DNA of 60,000 nt, taken from contig CM075996.1 of NCBI GenBank assembly GCA_038087875.1, positions 808,001 to 868,000 of the forward strand. The letters run 5' to 3'. Of this stretch, positions 1 to 13,732 are shown in pieces. The first letter of the stretch is position 1. The number at the start of each line of letters is the position of its first letter. Origin of the DNA: Malacoraja senta (Eukaryota). The translations under genes were made by a program, and so were the position numbers. The notes below the pieces were generated by a model. It searched no databases. It was not told the origin of the DNA and saw nothing but the letters and a program-made list of their open reading frames with translations.

Positions 1-362
1 GTCCTCAACTGTGTTGGGAACCTGATACAAACATCAGCACTTCCTGGAGATGCAAGCTGCTGCTATCCATGATCCTTGTATAGTGCTTTACATGTGACAG
101 CACTCTGATTCACTCCTGGGATTGGTACGGCGGAGTTGCCTGTTAGGGCTTTGCTCAATAGGCTGAATATTGAGATGTAGGACTTCATGCTGCACTCTGA
201 TTGGCATCTGAGTGTAAGCTATTGCTGGGGTCTGACAGTACTGCCATGCGTAAAATATTCTGTATAGAAATTTCTGAAGAGAGTTGTAGATCTTAAACAG
301 AAGGGAATGCAGCAACTTTGCTTACATCCAAGAGCTAGTGATGAGGCAAACTGTAGGATTTT

Positions 363-456
363 GTAGACAAAAGTGCAGGAGAAACTCAGCGGGTGCGGCA
401 GCATCTATGGAGCGAAGGAAATAGGCAACGTTTCGGGCCAAAACCCTTCTGGTCTG
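363..456 (-). repeat. Penelope-like element terminal-repeat fragment
   Basis: Reverse complement of the 3' end of the PLE at 20146-20250 (gaaactcagcgggtgcggcagcatctatggagcgaaggaaataggcaacgtttcgggc). Confidence 0.85.
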
Positions 457-801
457 TTAAGACGTGGTGCAGGTGGTGCCAGTTCCTAACAATGGTCCAC
501 ACCCTCCATGCCAGTCAAGGTGCAGCCATGAATCCCATAGCCCATTGCTGAGCACCTGCGCAGTTTGTCCTGACCTGCCCTGTGCCAGTCAACACAGGCA
601 GCTACTCCACACTGAGCTATGCGCTGATAAATAGCTATGGGCATTTAGTACAAGGCAGGTATTTGAACCAGCTTCATGGCACAGTATCTAAAACATCTTT
701 TTTTATATTACTATAATTGCCATTCTTAACGCAGATTTCATTAATGCTGTCCTTCATGGGAACGCATCCTGAGTATCTCGCATAGTACTATCCAATCTCA
801 A

Positions 802-1267
802 ATAAGATCATAAGAGATAGGAGTAGAATTAGGCCATTCGACCCATCAAGTCTACTCCACCATTCAATCATGACTGATCTACCTCTCCCTCCTAACCGCA
901 TTCTACTGACTTCTCCCCATAACCTCTGACACCCGTACTAATCAAGAATCTATCTATCTCTACCTTAAATATATCCACTGACTTTGCCTCCAAAGACTTT
1001 TGTGGCAAAGAATTCCACAGATTCTCCACCCTCTGACTAAAGAAATTTCTCCTCATTTCCTTCCTAAAAGAACTTTTGAGGCTATGACCTCTGGTCCTAG
1101 ACTCTCCCACTAGTTGAAACAACCTCTCATTTCTGGGATCATTCTTGTAAACCTCCTCTGGACCCTCTCCAGAGCCAGCACATCCTTCCTCAAATATGGT
1201 GTCCAAAATCGCTCACAATATTCTAAATGTGGCCTGACCAGCACCTTATAGAGCCTCAGCATTACAT
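802..1267 (-). mobile_element. CR1-clade LINE 3' fragment
   Basis: [13 protein letters not shown]...[13 protein letters not shown] and RTRGHSL...FFSQRVENLWNSLP, typical of the CR1 ORF2 C-terminus, plus 3' UTR. Confidence 0.9.
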
Positions 1268-1580
1268 TCCTGGCACAGCATGTGACAGAACCATTGCTCA
1301 TTTTTCCATTGCTCATTCAACAGGTGTTTATATTCCTACAAATAGCCAAGAATTAATCATTTTAATATTGGAAGGTCAAACCTATTGCATGACAAAGACA
1401 TTCTTACCCCATATCAGGTATATTAAATAATGCCTTTAAAATAAACAGAAAAGTTCTACATGGTCCGACAAACGTCCTACAATCTTACCCATTGAAACTG
1501 CTGTTGTTTTCTACCTATTTTCTACCTATTAAAAAAACCCCGACTATAATGTGACCAGCATCTGCAGTTCTTTCTTAAAC

Positions 1581-1784
1581 GTGTTCACAGAAGGTGCGCG
1601 GCCGTGCCGGTGGCTTTGCGCAGGCTGCGGTACAGCCAGAGCCCGGCCGCTGCTCGGGTCCCTGGCCGTTACTCGGGGTGTTCTGCGGGCAGGATGATTA
1701 TGGGGGGGGAAATCCACCTGCGGGCTGGATGATTTCGGGTTACAGGCCGCATTCGACCCGGGGGCCATAGGTTGCCGACCCCTG
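1581..1784. mobile_element. GC-rich fragment ending in a hAT-like terminal inverted repeat
   Basis: Ends ...ggttgccgacccctg (reverse complement CAGGGGTCGGCAACC); left end abuts a PLE tail remnant at about 1553-1580. Confidence 0.55.
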
Positions 1785-2847
1785 CCTTACCATTATCCTC
1801 TGGTTGTAGTCACCTCTGCTAAGGAAAATATTTTTGCTATCTACCCCCATTTGTCTGTCATAATTTTGTATACCTCAATCAAATCCTCTCTTGGCCTATC
1901 CCAATCCAGCGAAATCTAACTTAGTTTATCCCAGTCTCAGCTCTGAATGTTGCATCCCAAGCAACATTCTCCTTTGTACTTTCTCCTGTGCAATCACATT
2001 CTTTCTGTAGTGTGGTTCTCTAGTTCTGCCCTATCTGATGTTTTATATTGTTGTACCATAACCTCATGTATTCTATGCAATGGAAAGTATATCAATCGTA
2101 CCACCCTCATTGACACTTGATCACTTTCTCAAAGTTCAGTAAAATAATTAAACAGGATATACTATTAGCAAAACTTTGACTATCCTCGATTAATTTCTCT
2201 CTTCAAAGTGCAGATTAATCTTATCCCTCAAACTTTTTCAAGAGTTTCCTTGCTATTGATGTTAGACTGACCAATTGCACCCAGGTATCTGGTGTTGTGA
2301 GACAGCAGCACACACTGCTGCACCATTGTGGTGCCTCTTTGCTATGGAGATGATTATGCACTGCGACTTTTTAGATCGATCTGTGTTAGCAGATGAGATC
2401 AAAATTAAATTTAACTGTACTATTTCTTTTTTCATGGGCAGGTAACAGACATTGGTGGGTGTGTTGTAATCGTTGAATGGAACCAGGATCCTGTTTGAAA
2501 ATGCAAAAATATGCTCATTGAAGCACAGAAGAAAATCTTTCTTCCCTTCATACATTCAGTGATGGAATGGAGTATGTCTGGTTCTTTTGTAGCATATGTT
2601 AAACACAGAACAAAGTTAGTTGGTCACAGTGTTTTCATTCACCATTCAGTGTTTTGCTGATGTTAGGATGAGAATGCAAATAATAAAAGTTCATAGCTGG
2701 GTTGAGAAATTTTTGAAAGCTGTCAGAAGCAAGAGTAAGGAATTGTATTTTTATTAAGTGATTTCTACAATCAGGATTTAAATTAGTTGCAATTTTCATG
2801 TTATAATCACATCAACTGCTAAAATCTCCCAAAGACTAATTATAGAT

Positions 2848-3153
2848 GGTAGACAAAAATGCTGGAGAAACTCAGCGGGTGAGGCAGCATCTATGGAGAG
2901 AAGGAATTGGCAATGTTTAATTAACTTCAGGTAGCTCTTGCTCTCTCTCTTCACCCCCCTCCCCCCCCCCTTCCCAGTTCTCCCACTAGTCCCACTACAT
3001 TCTTTCTCCTGCCCCCTCCCCAACATCAGTCTGAAGAAGGTTTGACTCGAAACGTCGCCAATTCCTTCTCTCCATTGATGCTGCCTCACCCGCTGAGTTT
3101 CTCCAGCATTTTTTGTCTACCTTCGATTTTACCAGCATCTGCAGTTCTTTCTT
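2848..3153 (+). mobile_element. Short PLE insertion: inverted partial terminal repeat plus direct terminal repeat, 15-bp TSD
   Basis: agactaattatagat at 2833-2847 and 3154-3168; 2848-2918 is the reverse complement of about 3050-3121. Confidence 0.88.
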
Positions 3154-3352
3154 AGACTAATTATAGATTCTGCCCCATGTCACTTGAGATGTGTGAGAGG
3201 GAAATACATAGTGTTTCATATTGTGGGTGATATACTGGTGGTGAAAGTCAGAGTAATAGTGAAAAATGTGTTGAAATTATTGGTGCGAGTAGATTTTATT
3301 TGTGACACCACACAGAAATACTTTATTGTTACTTTGATAAAAGAAAATTAGG

Positions 3353-4275
3353 GAAACATAGAAACATAGAAAATAGGTGCAGAGTAGGCCATTCGGCCCT
3401 TCGAGCCTGCACCGCCATTCAATATGATCATGGCTGATCATCCAAACTCAGTATCCTGTACCTGCCTTCTCTCCATACCCCCTGATCCCTTTAGCCACAA
3501 GGGCCACATCTAACTCTTAAATATAGCCAATGAACTGGCCTCAACTACCTTCTGTGGTAGAGAATTCCAGAGATTCACCACTCTCTGTGTGAAAAATGTT
3601 TTTCTCATCTCGGTCCTAAAAGATTTCCCCCTTATCCTTAAACTGTGACCCCTTGTTCTGGACTTCCCCAACATCGGGAACAATCTTCCTGCATCTAGCT
3701 TGTCCAACCCCTTAAGAAGTTTCTATAAGATCCCCCCTCAATCTTCTAAATTCTAGCGAGTACAAGCCGAGTCTATCCAGTCTTTCTTCATATGAAAGTC
3801 CTGACATCCCAGGAATCAGTCTGGTGAACCTTCTCTGTACTCCCTCTATGGCAAGAATGTCTTTCCTCAGATTTGGAGACCAAAACTCTACGCAATACTC
3901 CAGGTGTGGTCTCACCAAGACCCTGTGCAACTGCAGTAGAACCTCCCTGCTCCTATACTCAAATCCTTTTGCTATGAATGCTAACATACCATTCGCTTTC
4001 TTCACTGCCTGCTGCACCTGCATGCCTACTTTCAATGACTGGTGTACCATGACACCCAGGTCTTGTTGCATCTCCCCTTTTCCTAATCGGCCACCATTCA
4101 GATAATTGTCTACTTTCCTGTTTTTGCCACTGAAGTTGATAACCTCACATTTATCCACATTATAATGCATCTGCCATGCATTTTCCCACTCACCCAGCCT
4201 ATGCAAGTCACCTTGCAGCTTCCTAGCATCCTCCTCACCGCTAACACTGCCCCCCCAGCTTCGTGTCATCCGCAA
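3353..4275 (-). mobile_element. CR1-clade LINE 3' fragment, relatively young
   Basis: ORFs 3712..4281 and 3510..3707 encode CR1 RT C-terminus; 3' tail seen as (gaaacata)n on +. Confidence 0.93.
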
Positions 4276-5072
4276 GGTCAAGCCGCTGTTATTAGCTACA
4301 ATTTTAAAAAGAGAGGCTAGAAAGTGTTTTGTATGTGATAATGGCTTATTTTCTCACTCCATGTAAGGATTTTCTTTCTTCCACTGTTGATGTGAATAAA
4401 CAGAGTCATATTCTGAGTCAAATGAGGAAAGGTACCTAGTGATGGTCGAAGGAAAGATTTGATAAATTGTCCATCTCCAAAAATCCCTAAAGACACCTTA
4501 ATGGTGGTTTTCAAGGAATATGACGTGCTGTCCATGGTATAGGATACATGAACAAGGAGGTTATGTTTTGTTGGGATGGAGTATTTCAGAGATTAGAGAC
4601 TGGGTAGGATAAGCTGTTAGATTTTGCTGCATTGGGAAAGGCCAAGAGAGGACCTGATTGACATATCCAAAATTATACTTCAATCTCTTGTGTCAAATTT
4701 GGACACTGCCTTCAAATGCACTGTGTCATTCCCATTGACTATTTTCTCTTAGCTGCTTGAAGTGGAGGTTGTTTTAGGAAGAAAGATTAGACAGACTAGG
4801 ATTTATCTGCTCAAGTTTAGAAGTGCAGAGCAGGAATGATTGAAATACATATTCTGAGTAGTCTTGCAGCTTCCTAGGAAAATTTAGAACTAGAAGTCAC
4901 AGTTCAAGTAAATAAGGATTTGGCAAATTGGAACGAAGTGAATTTATTTCTGCTAGTTGAGTCTTCAGAACTCGTTCTCAAGTCTTTAAGTATGTTTAAT
5001 GCAGATATGGATAGATTCTTGACAAGCAAGGAGGGAAAGATATTCTGTCTAATGTAGATTTGAGGCTACGAT

Positions 5073-5478
5073 TTAGAAGGATGAGGGGGAACCTCATTAA
5101 AACTTAACAAACAATGAAAGGCTTGGATGGAGTGGATGTGGAGAGAATGCTTCTACTGGTGGGAGAGTCTAGGACCGGAGTTTATAGCCTCAGAATTAAA
5201 GGACGTTCCTTTAAGAAGGAGATGAAGAGGAATTTCTTTAGTCAGAGGGTGGTAAATCTGTGGAATTCTTTGCCGCAGAAGGCTGTGGAGGCCATCACAT
5301 TGATATTTTTAAGGCAGAGATAGATAGATTCTGGATTAGTACGGGTGTCAAGGGTTATGGGGAGAAGGCAGGAGAATGGGGCTAGGAGGGAGAAATAGAA
5401 CAGCCATGATTGAATGGTGGAGTAGACTTGATGGGACAACTGGCCTAATTCTGTTCCTATCACTTATGACCTTATGAC
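5073..5478 (+). mobile_element. CR1-clade LINE 3' fragment
   Basis: MKGLDGVDVERM...FFSQRVVNLWNSLPQKAVEA; tail cttatgaccttatgac. Confidence 0.9.
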
Positions 5479-7077
5479 AATTAGATCAACCATGATTAAA
5501 TATCGAAGCAGGTTTGAGGGTCTGGGTGGCTCCTAATTCATATGTTCTTCTGCATGTTTGTATGGACAAGTGGCTTAGCAAAATGTCAAGCTGCAGTGGT
5601 TTTCTAATGTGAAGTATATTAAGTTTTGATCCAGCTTAGGATAGCTCTGCTTTATTCCACAGAATTTTTCTGCCAAATAGATCAGGTCGTCCCCTCAGGC
5701 CTGGGTTTGGATTATTTTCATTATGAGTGAACATTGATCTAACATGCTGGGCCATCTGCTTTTTGATGTTCAGCAAATCGCATCCCAGATATTACAGTTT
5801 GATTTTCCAATGCCAGTGCGTGTTTTAAATTCACTGTTTTATGAATCATTCTGCAATGTTGAAAATGCTGGAAACGTTCAGTAGGTTGATGGTTCAATAG
5901 TGCTTTATTTGCAGCACCTTTAAAAAAAAAAAATTTAAAAAAAAGAGGATATGGATTATCATTTTAGTTTCTGAAAATGTTGAATTCATTGCAGAGTTGA
6001 GAAGGTTGCCACTTGCCTGAAATTCAACAATTTAGGCTAACAATTGTTATTTGTATCAGAACCAGATTAACTGATATTATACTGATTTCTCTTTCTTCGC
6101 AAATCTGTTTGATCTAAGCATTTCCTACATATCACATTAGCCTTTCTCAGTTTCTATATGCTTTGTTGTTTTCTCTCTCTCTCTGCCTTCATTTGTCCAT
6201 TAAACGGCTCACTGCTTCAACATATCTTCTGAATATGACAACCCTGGCCTTGCCCTCTCAGACATATTACCGTTGTCCATTCCCCCTCTGCAACTTTTTT
6301 TCTCTTTGGAAGTTCCAAAACATTAACTCTGTTTTCCTTTCCACAGATGATGCGTGAGCAGCTGAGTATTTCCAGTGTTTTCTGTTTTATTTCATACTTT
6401 TAGCACCTGCATTTCCAATTTTTTATATATGAAAACTATATTGCGCTTAGTCTATTGATCATTGTGTATGAATTAGGCATGACTGTGAATGCTCAGCAAT
6501 TGTACCCAAATAAATATACAGTTAGACTGAACAAAAACGTGTAAATGAGAAATTCTGCTGCAATACAGTGAATTAAATCCCATCCCTTCCCGGTTATGTG
6601 CTGTATGCTTGACTCTGTACTTGTACACGAATGGCAAATTATTGGTTGCACGGGAATAATGCTTTTGTTTATTCATGAAATAGTTCGGAAGGAAATGTCA
6701 GATGCAGAGGCAATAGAAAAAGCAAGAAACAGTAAATTAATATTTACATCTGGCCCACATAGTATAAATGCAGAACACCATTTATGTTGAGTAAAATTCT
6801 GTGGTATGTGAGGTGGATGATGAAGCTTATGTGGAGCCAATAGACTGCCACAAATGGGCAGGAGGTGCATGAATGGGTGGGTAGTTGGGAATTGAATTTA
6901 TCCTTCTGTTTATACTGGGCTTTTGTGTACTGACAAATGGAAATGATATACTCAATACCACCCAAAAGTTTCTTGCCTGTTTTGAGTGTTTGTGGCTCAG
7001 GATTCCCATGGGTCAGTTGGTGTTACTCTTTCTCATATATGTCTTTGAATATCCTTGGTACATTTGATATTGTCTGC

Positions 7078-7505
7078 CATGATGAGGGGATTGAAGGCAT
7101 TGTAGCCAGGTTTGCGGATGATACGAAAATAGGTGGAGAGGCAGGTAATGTAGAGAAAGCAGGGACTCTGCAGAAGGGACTGGGATAGGTTGGGAGAGTG
7201 GACGGAGAAGTGGCAAATGGAATATATTGTAGCAAAGTGTGGAGTCATGCATTTTGTAGTAGGAATAAAGGCGTATATTTTTTTTCTCAATGGGGAGAGA
7301 ATAAAGAAAATTGAGTTTGCGAAGAGACTTGGGAGTGCTGGTGCTGGATTCCCAAAAAGTTAATCTGCAAGTCGAATCGGTAGTAAAGAAAGCAAACGCA
7401 AGGCTAGCTTTTATTTCAAGAGACTTATATAAAATAAAACAGAATGTAATGCTGAGGTTCTATAAGGAGCTGGTCAGGTCACATTTGAAATATTGTGAGC
7501 AGTTG
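7078..7505 (+). mobile_element. CR1-clade LINE RT fragment
   Basis: DEGIEGIVARFADDTKIGG...; RDLGVLV...LVRSHLKYCEQ. Confidence 0.88.
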
Positions 7506-7959
7506 TGATGGGAAGAGAGGGGGGGTGGGGGTGTTGGTAGTGGTGTTCGTGTATATTTGCCTGCTGCAAGGTCTTTTTGTGCATGCCCACCTGTGTGTGT
7601 GGGTTAATATTATAAAGCAGAGCCTGATTTCCACTCATCCAACAACTCCTTGTCACTGGATTAAAACTTTGCTCGGTCAAATTCATGCCATTGCTGGTAT
7701 GCATTGGCTTCTCCTAAGTACAGTAAGATTTATTTTGCTAATCATGTCTCTGCTTAATGATCATTTTGAATTCAATAATGTCTCTTGTGGCCTTGCTCAT
7801 ATGCGGGTGTAGGATTTGAAGCATATGTAATGCTTAGCCACTGAGTTGTAACTGGATCATGTCTGTATGATTTAACTTGTAGGTTAATTTCCTTGTCACC
7901 ATAGGAGGTACAACCTGATTTGTTAAAAAGTGGGTATTGGTTTAGAATTTAGTATTTTA

Positions 7960-8930
7960 GATACAGTGAAAACCTTTGTTTTGCATGCCATCCAGGCAAA
8001 TCATGCCATTTTTGAGCACATGTAGTACAAAAGGAAAAAAATAGAGTGCTGAATATAGTATTCTACAGAGAAAGTGCAGGTGAAAAAAATGCGAAGGCCC
8101 TAATGAGATAGATTGGGAGTTAGGGATGAATCAATAGATCGTAAGATGTCTGTTCAAAAGTCTGCTAACAACATGAAGGAAGTTTTTTTCTTGAATCTGG
8201 TGATACGTGTTTTCAAGATTTGGTATCGGCCTGATGGGGAAAGAGGAAATAACTTATATTAGAGTTATAATCAAGTCGTGCTTGATTATGTTGGCTGTCC
8301 CATGTGCTACAGATAGATTTGGTGGGTGAAAGGGCTGTATTTGTGTGCTGCATCCACATTGTGGGCTGGTCCACATTTCTTTCCGTCTTGGGCCGAGCAG
8401 TTGCCAAACCAAGCTGTGATGCATCCAGATAAGATGCTTTTTATCGTGCAGCTGTAAAAATTGGTAAGAATCATTGGGATATCCTGAATTTCTGTAGCCT
8501 TCTGAGGAAGTAGAGGTGTCGGCGTGCTTTTTCCCATCAAGCATAAAAGTGGTTGAACCAGGACAAATGGGTGATATTTACACCTAGGAATTCTCTACCA
8601 TCTCCACTTCAGCACTATTGATGCAAACAGGGGTGTGTACTCCACCTTGCTTCCTGGAGTTCATGAGCAGCTCTGTTGTTTTGCTGACAGCAAGAGAGGG
8701 TTGCTGCTTTGCCGCTAAGCTGTCAATGTCCTCCTTGTTCTTGTCTTTGTTTGAGATCTGGCACACTATGGTGCCGAATTTGGTTATGGTCGTAAAGGGA
8801 GGATAATAGGAGCTGGGAATGCAACTTCACGGGACACCAGTGTTGAGATATATCAAAGAGGATGTTTTGTCACCTATCCTCCTTGCTGATTGCAATCTAT
8901 TTTGCAAAGGTAGATGGTGTCCCAAGGTCA
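7960..8930 (-). mobile_element. Rex/Babar-like LINE fragment, degraded; boundaries approximate
   Basis: LTNFYSCTIKSILSGCITAWFGNCSAQD and LAVSKTTELLMNSRK...INSAEVEMVE, characteristic of the Rex1/Babar RT C-terminus. Confidence 0.75.
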
Positions 8931-9871
8931 GGCGTATGGGAGGAGTTCATTGGGTCTAGCAATTTCGAGATGAGTTTGGTAGTATTCGATAATATAATGC
9001 TTAAGAAAATTTTGATTTTTACGGCTTAAGCTTCTTGCTTTTAGTAACCTGGTAGGACAAACATTTAGAGATGTGCCTTTTTTGCTACTCAATTGATAAT
9101 CACCCATGAAAATCAGCCATCTGTTACTACAAGAGCTGATGAGCAAAGTGGAAGTTTGTGGTTGCTGTACATTACCACAAATGCTCTGTTAGTGTACTGT
9201 GCAGCTGCTGTCTCTTTGTAATTTCCTATTCCCAGTTTTATGAAGCCAACAAAATATTACACGTTAGATCTGGCAAAGGTGAGTGCAGTTGGAGAATTTA
9301 TCCAATGTGGCAATGAATTCAGCCAGAGCAAAGATTGTTGTGGAGGGGAATTAATTGGGCCTCTGTTCAACAGAGAAGCAAAGAGCTCTCTTGCCTTCCT
9401 ATTGTGGGATGTAGGTGTAGAGATCACAAGTTTCCCTGACACATCACATTCAGAGAAGCTTTTAAGCAGCGAAAGATTTCAAATGAAAATATGTTTTGAG
9501 CATTAATGCAAAAATCTGGGTTTTATTTGTATCTCCCAGATTGGTGCTCATCAATGTGCCAAATATACTCGGTAAGATTTAACCCAGGCCTACTCGGTGA
9601 GATTTGTTGCAACATGAACAGTTTGAAATAGTGTTCTTTTTGCATTTAGTATGTGGTGTCTTTCACATACGCAGCCCCTACCCCCAAACTAATGTAACCA
9701 CTTCCAATTTCATTTTTTTTGTAGCCAACCTGCAACCAAAGCTTATCCACTGGTAACATGCACTCTTTATGTAGGTTACCAGATGGGGAAATTTAGGAGT
9801 AAAAGCCTCGATAAACTGACAATCCCTCAAGAGTGGGATTATTGGCTGAAGGGCCTGTTTTTCATGCTGTA

Positions 9872-10584
9872 TAATGGGCCTGTCCACTTAGGTGGCTTTT
9901 TAGGTGACTGCAGGAGACTATGCAGTCGCCACATGTTCGCGGGTGGTTGCCGGGGAGTCGCCTTCATGGTCGTGAGGAGTTCCCGCATTCTGGGAACTAG
10001 TCGTGGCCTCATTATGGTCACCACAAATTTTTCAACATGTTGAAAAATTAGCGGCGACTACAATGAAGCCGCCGTGGAGAGTAGCGAGAATTCTCGTGCC
10101 GTAGGAGGGTCTCCAGGAAGTCCTGGTGGGTTGCCAGGAGGTCAAAGGTTCTCATAGGTTGTAGCTGGTGATGACCAATGAATTTCATTGGCTCATTGGG
10201 GGGGGGAAATGTAAGCAGTAGTTTTCTGAACCAAGGATAACCAAGGATAATGTTAAATGTCCGCCGAGCTTCACAGCCGTGTATCTCTGGCTTCTTAAAA
10301 GTCTCCACTTCTTCTCTCCCCCCCCCCCCCCCCCTTCTCCACCCCCCCCTCTTCCCCCTCTTTTAAGGACTTACCGTACACTGTGCTTTAGCCATCATAA
10401 TTACAGCGCCAACCTTCCTGTTCATCGCGGTGTGTGCTTTGCACCGTGTGAATTTCAGACAGCGCTCCCCCTTCTTGCCCTGTCCCCCGCCTGTGTTTGT
10501 GTGTGTGTGTGTTCCACTCCGACAGTCGCCGTTCCAGTTGCCGGTTGTCGCCTGAAAAATTGCCTAAGTGGGACAGGCCCATTA
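9872..10584. mobile_element. Non-autonomous DNA transposon with TIRs (PIF/Harbinger-like)
   Basis: taatgggcctgtccacttagg at left and cctaagtgggacaggcccatta at right; interrupts a CR1/SINE-type tail (gggcctgttt...gctgta / ctctgact). Confidence 0.8.
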
Positions 10585-13014
10585 CTCTGACTATAATTAA
10601 TAGAACCAGTGCCGGTTTGAAGAAAAAGGTTTCGAACAATTTTGCAACCTGGGTCAACACTGCTGTGGAACAGAAATATTTTTCCTCTTAGGTTACTTTG
10701 GCAATATTTAATGTATTGTAAATATCTCTCCTTTGCTCCAGCAATTTGTTTTATCCACAACGTCGGAACATACCCAGTTCACTAGTATGACATTTTAATC
10801 TTCAGCACCATGTGTACATTTAACTTTTGAATTTGATTGCAAATTCGTACTGAATTAAGGTCTGTTATCTGCTTTGCAGTTGCATTACTTGCAACAGCTT
10901 AAAATTTCTGAAATTAATTTTTCTCATATCCACCAGAGACAGCAGGCACGCTGTCTTTTTGTAAATCTTAGCTGTATTGCGGACAGGATGTATGGAGGTG
11001 GAAGAACAATAATCTAATGTAAGTTATTCTGAAACTTTCAACCATAGTGAAAAAAATGTCTATTTTGTGGGGTTTTCTCCCCCCCAGAAATATTCAGATG
11101 TTACATTAGAGATGAAGGCTTTTTAAAAGAATACTAATGTATACCCTACGGTGTTGCTTATGAGTTGGAAGCTGTTTAACAGCTTAGACTAGCAACAATC
11201 TTGCCCCAGATAAATGGTAGTTTGTTGAACACTACTGTTAGAACATTTAGACAAGTTAGAAAATTCACTTGATTGATTGATGTCAGAATCGTAGACTACG
11301 CTTTACAGTTCAAAGTCAAAATTAATTTGGGAAATGATGCTAAATAGTGACAGTAGTGTTGGACCAAGCATTCTAGAGTGTGTGTGTTGTGGTAGCTATA
11401 TCGGTTGGAGTTATAGATAAGGTTTTCTATGAGCTGGTTGAACTATAAAGTGAAAAAAATCAGCTAGTTCATTGAAACAGGATAGGGAATTCATCACTGT
11501 AGAGGTAAATCTACCATCTCCGAGATACTCAGTGGTCATAATAACGAGGAATATTGCCTTGAAAAGCATATTATGTCTAGTGATACATGTTATCAGAAAG
11601 CATGTTTTGATATCAAGTATGGAATGGAGGTATTTTCACCTGCCCCCAATTTCTATGTTCCTTGCTCTCTTGGGTGACCCATGAAATGTGATTATTTTAG
11701 GTAGTGTACTAGAACACTTCCAGCAGCTTTGGAAATTGTGGATTTTTCAATGCTGCAGATCTGGTGAGAAAAATAATAAGATTTGGAATGAGTTGATTAT
11801 ATTGGATGTGCTTTTGCCACAAATGCACAGGTTTAAGATAATTAAAGGCTTTTGGAAAGGAGTTAACAGATTGTTAAATGTATTTGTGTTTTAATTCCCA
11901 TCAGATTTAAATTGTTTAAACTGATTCACTTGTAATAACTTTTATTTCTGATTGTAGGGGCAATCAAAGTATTTATGCGGATGCAGAGATCAAAGTAACT
12001 TGTTGGCAGGAATTAATAGTGTGCGCTATTGGTTGTGTGTCAATGACTTAAAACTTACTGAGCTGTTTGCAAAATAAATGATCCTACTCTTTAAATCAAC
12101 AGTAGTTCTGATAATCCAAGACAGCAAATGTTTCAGATATGGAGTAAACTAAAAGTATGTGCATAATCTGGGATACAAATATACATAGTATAATGCACGC
12201 GAGAAGATCCCGATATGGCTCTAAGCTTCAGATGAGAAATCAACCTTAGGCGTATCTGATACCCCTGACAAGGGTCTCAGAGCTAAAGTGGTATTTGAGA
12301 TGTAATATTAGCCATCATCCAGTTGACCGCTCATGCGACTAGATAGTGTGCACATGCTGCATTAATGCTTTAGTGCTTTTTTATAGAACCCCTTTTTTAA
12401 AAATAAAATGCCACATGACGTCAAATTGCATTCCCTCATTTTTCGTTGCAATGTCCCATAGGTGTGAGTGACTTGTATAGAAGTCCAAATTCACATAGGT
12501 CTATTGTGTTGGATGCCAGAAGCAAATTACTTCAATTGGCCATTAAATTATATTGTAGGTGGCATTATATTAGAAATTCTAATTATAAGCATGGGATTGG
12601 TTTGCAAGTTAGAGGCCTGTTGCATTTGTAAAACTGCCTCGATATTGATATAATCTTTGTCTAATTTTATCTCTGCCCCCCACACCCCCATCCTGTATTT
12701 GACCGGTGGAATTTTCACTTCATGTTCTTTTTTTGAATTAAAAAGAATTGTGAAGAAATCAATCGCTTAATTAATTAAGATAACTATAATCTTGTGTTGC
12801 CGCTTCCACACGAGCAACTAATAACTTCTCATAGAAAGGAAATTTCTAATGTAACTTGAAAAGTTAGTTGAAAATAGTTGGTTCCTCAATTTACAGAGGT
12901 GCTGACAGTTTTGTTTTGTATTTCCAGCTATTACTATTTTTGTTTGTGCCAATTGCGACTTCCATTTTCTATTTTAATCAGTAAATAATTATCTTTTCCT
13001 ACATTGCATTGCAG

Positions 13015-13102
13015 AGAGAAGGAAGAAGAAAAGGAAGAACAGTTAATGGAAGAAAAGAAAAGGAAAAAAGAGGACAAGAAAAAGAAAGACGCCAGTCAGA
13101 AG
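13015..13102 (+). CDS. TNRC6B: TNRC6B coding exon (88 nt), KE-rich N-terminus
   Basis: ttgcag|A GAG AAG GAA ... AGT CAG AAG|gtgaga; encodes EKEEEKEEQLMEEKKRKKEDKKKKDASQK; missed by the ORF track. Confidence 0.92.
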
Positions 13103-13732
13103 GTGAGAAAAAAGGTCTGATTCTTTCATTGAGGCTTTTGTTTAGTAGGTAGGTGCTGGTTTGCATTACTATTTTTATGACTGGCAGTGTAAAACACATT
13201 ACATTCAAAATCCTGCACGCCTTGTCCAAATGGGTGTCATAGAGTCACAAAACTACAACGCGGATATTGTCCCATTGCCCAACTTGGCTATGCTGACCAA
13301 GTTGCCCAACAATGCTAGTCCCACTTGTCTGTGTCTGGACCAAACCCCTCCCAATCTTATCCATCCTCCTGTCCACATGTTTTTTTTTAAATGTCCTAAT
13401 TGTACCTGGCTCTACCACTTCCTCGTGAAACTCACACCACCCTCTGTGGGGAGGCGAGGGGGAGGGGGCGATTGCCCCTCACCCCTCACCCCTCAATGTC
13501 CCTTTTAAATCTTACCACTCTCACCAAAAACCTATGCTCCCTAGATTTAGATAAGGTGAATAAACACGGTCTTTTCCCCAAATCAATTCCCATCATGATT
13601 TTATATTCCATTATAAAGTTTACCCCTCAGCCTTCTGTGCTTCGTGGGGAAAAAAATCAAAAAATCACGCAACCTTCCAGTCCCGGTAACATCCTCAAAT
13701 GTATCCTTTCCAGTTTAACAACATCAGTCCTA

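Noticed and set aside
12416..12423. TGACGTCA (CRE) palindrome about 600 bp before the 13015 exon as an alternative promoter
   Set aside because: A single 8-mer is expected about once per 65 kb by chance; there is no other support.
1..13014. TNRC6B start exon (expected to end ATGAG|gt)
   Set aside because: No convincing ATGAG followed by a donor and no promoter-like CpG island seen; probably upstream of the window.
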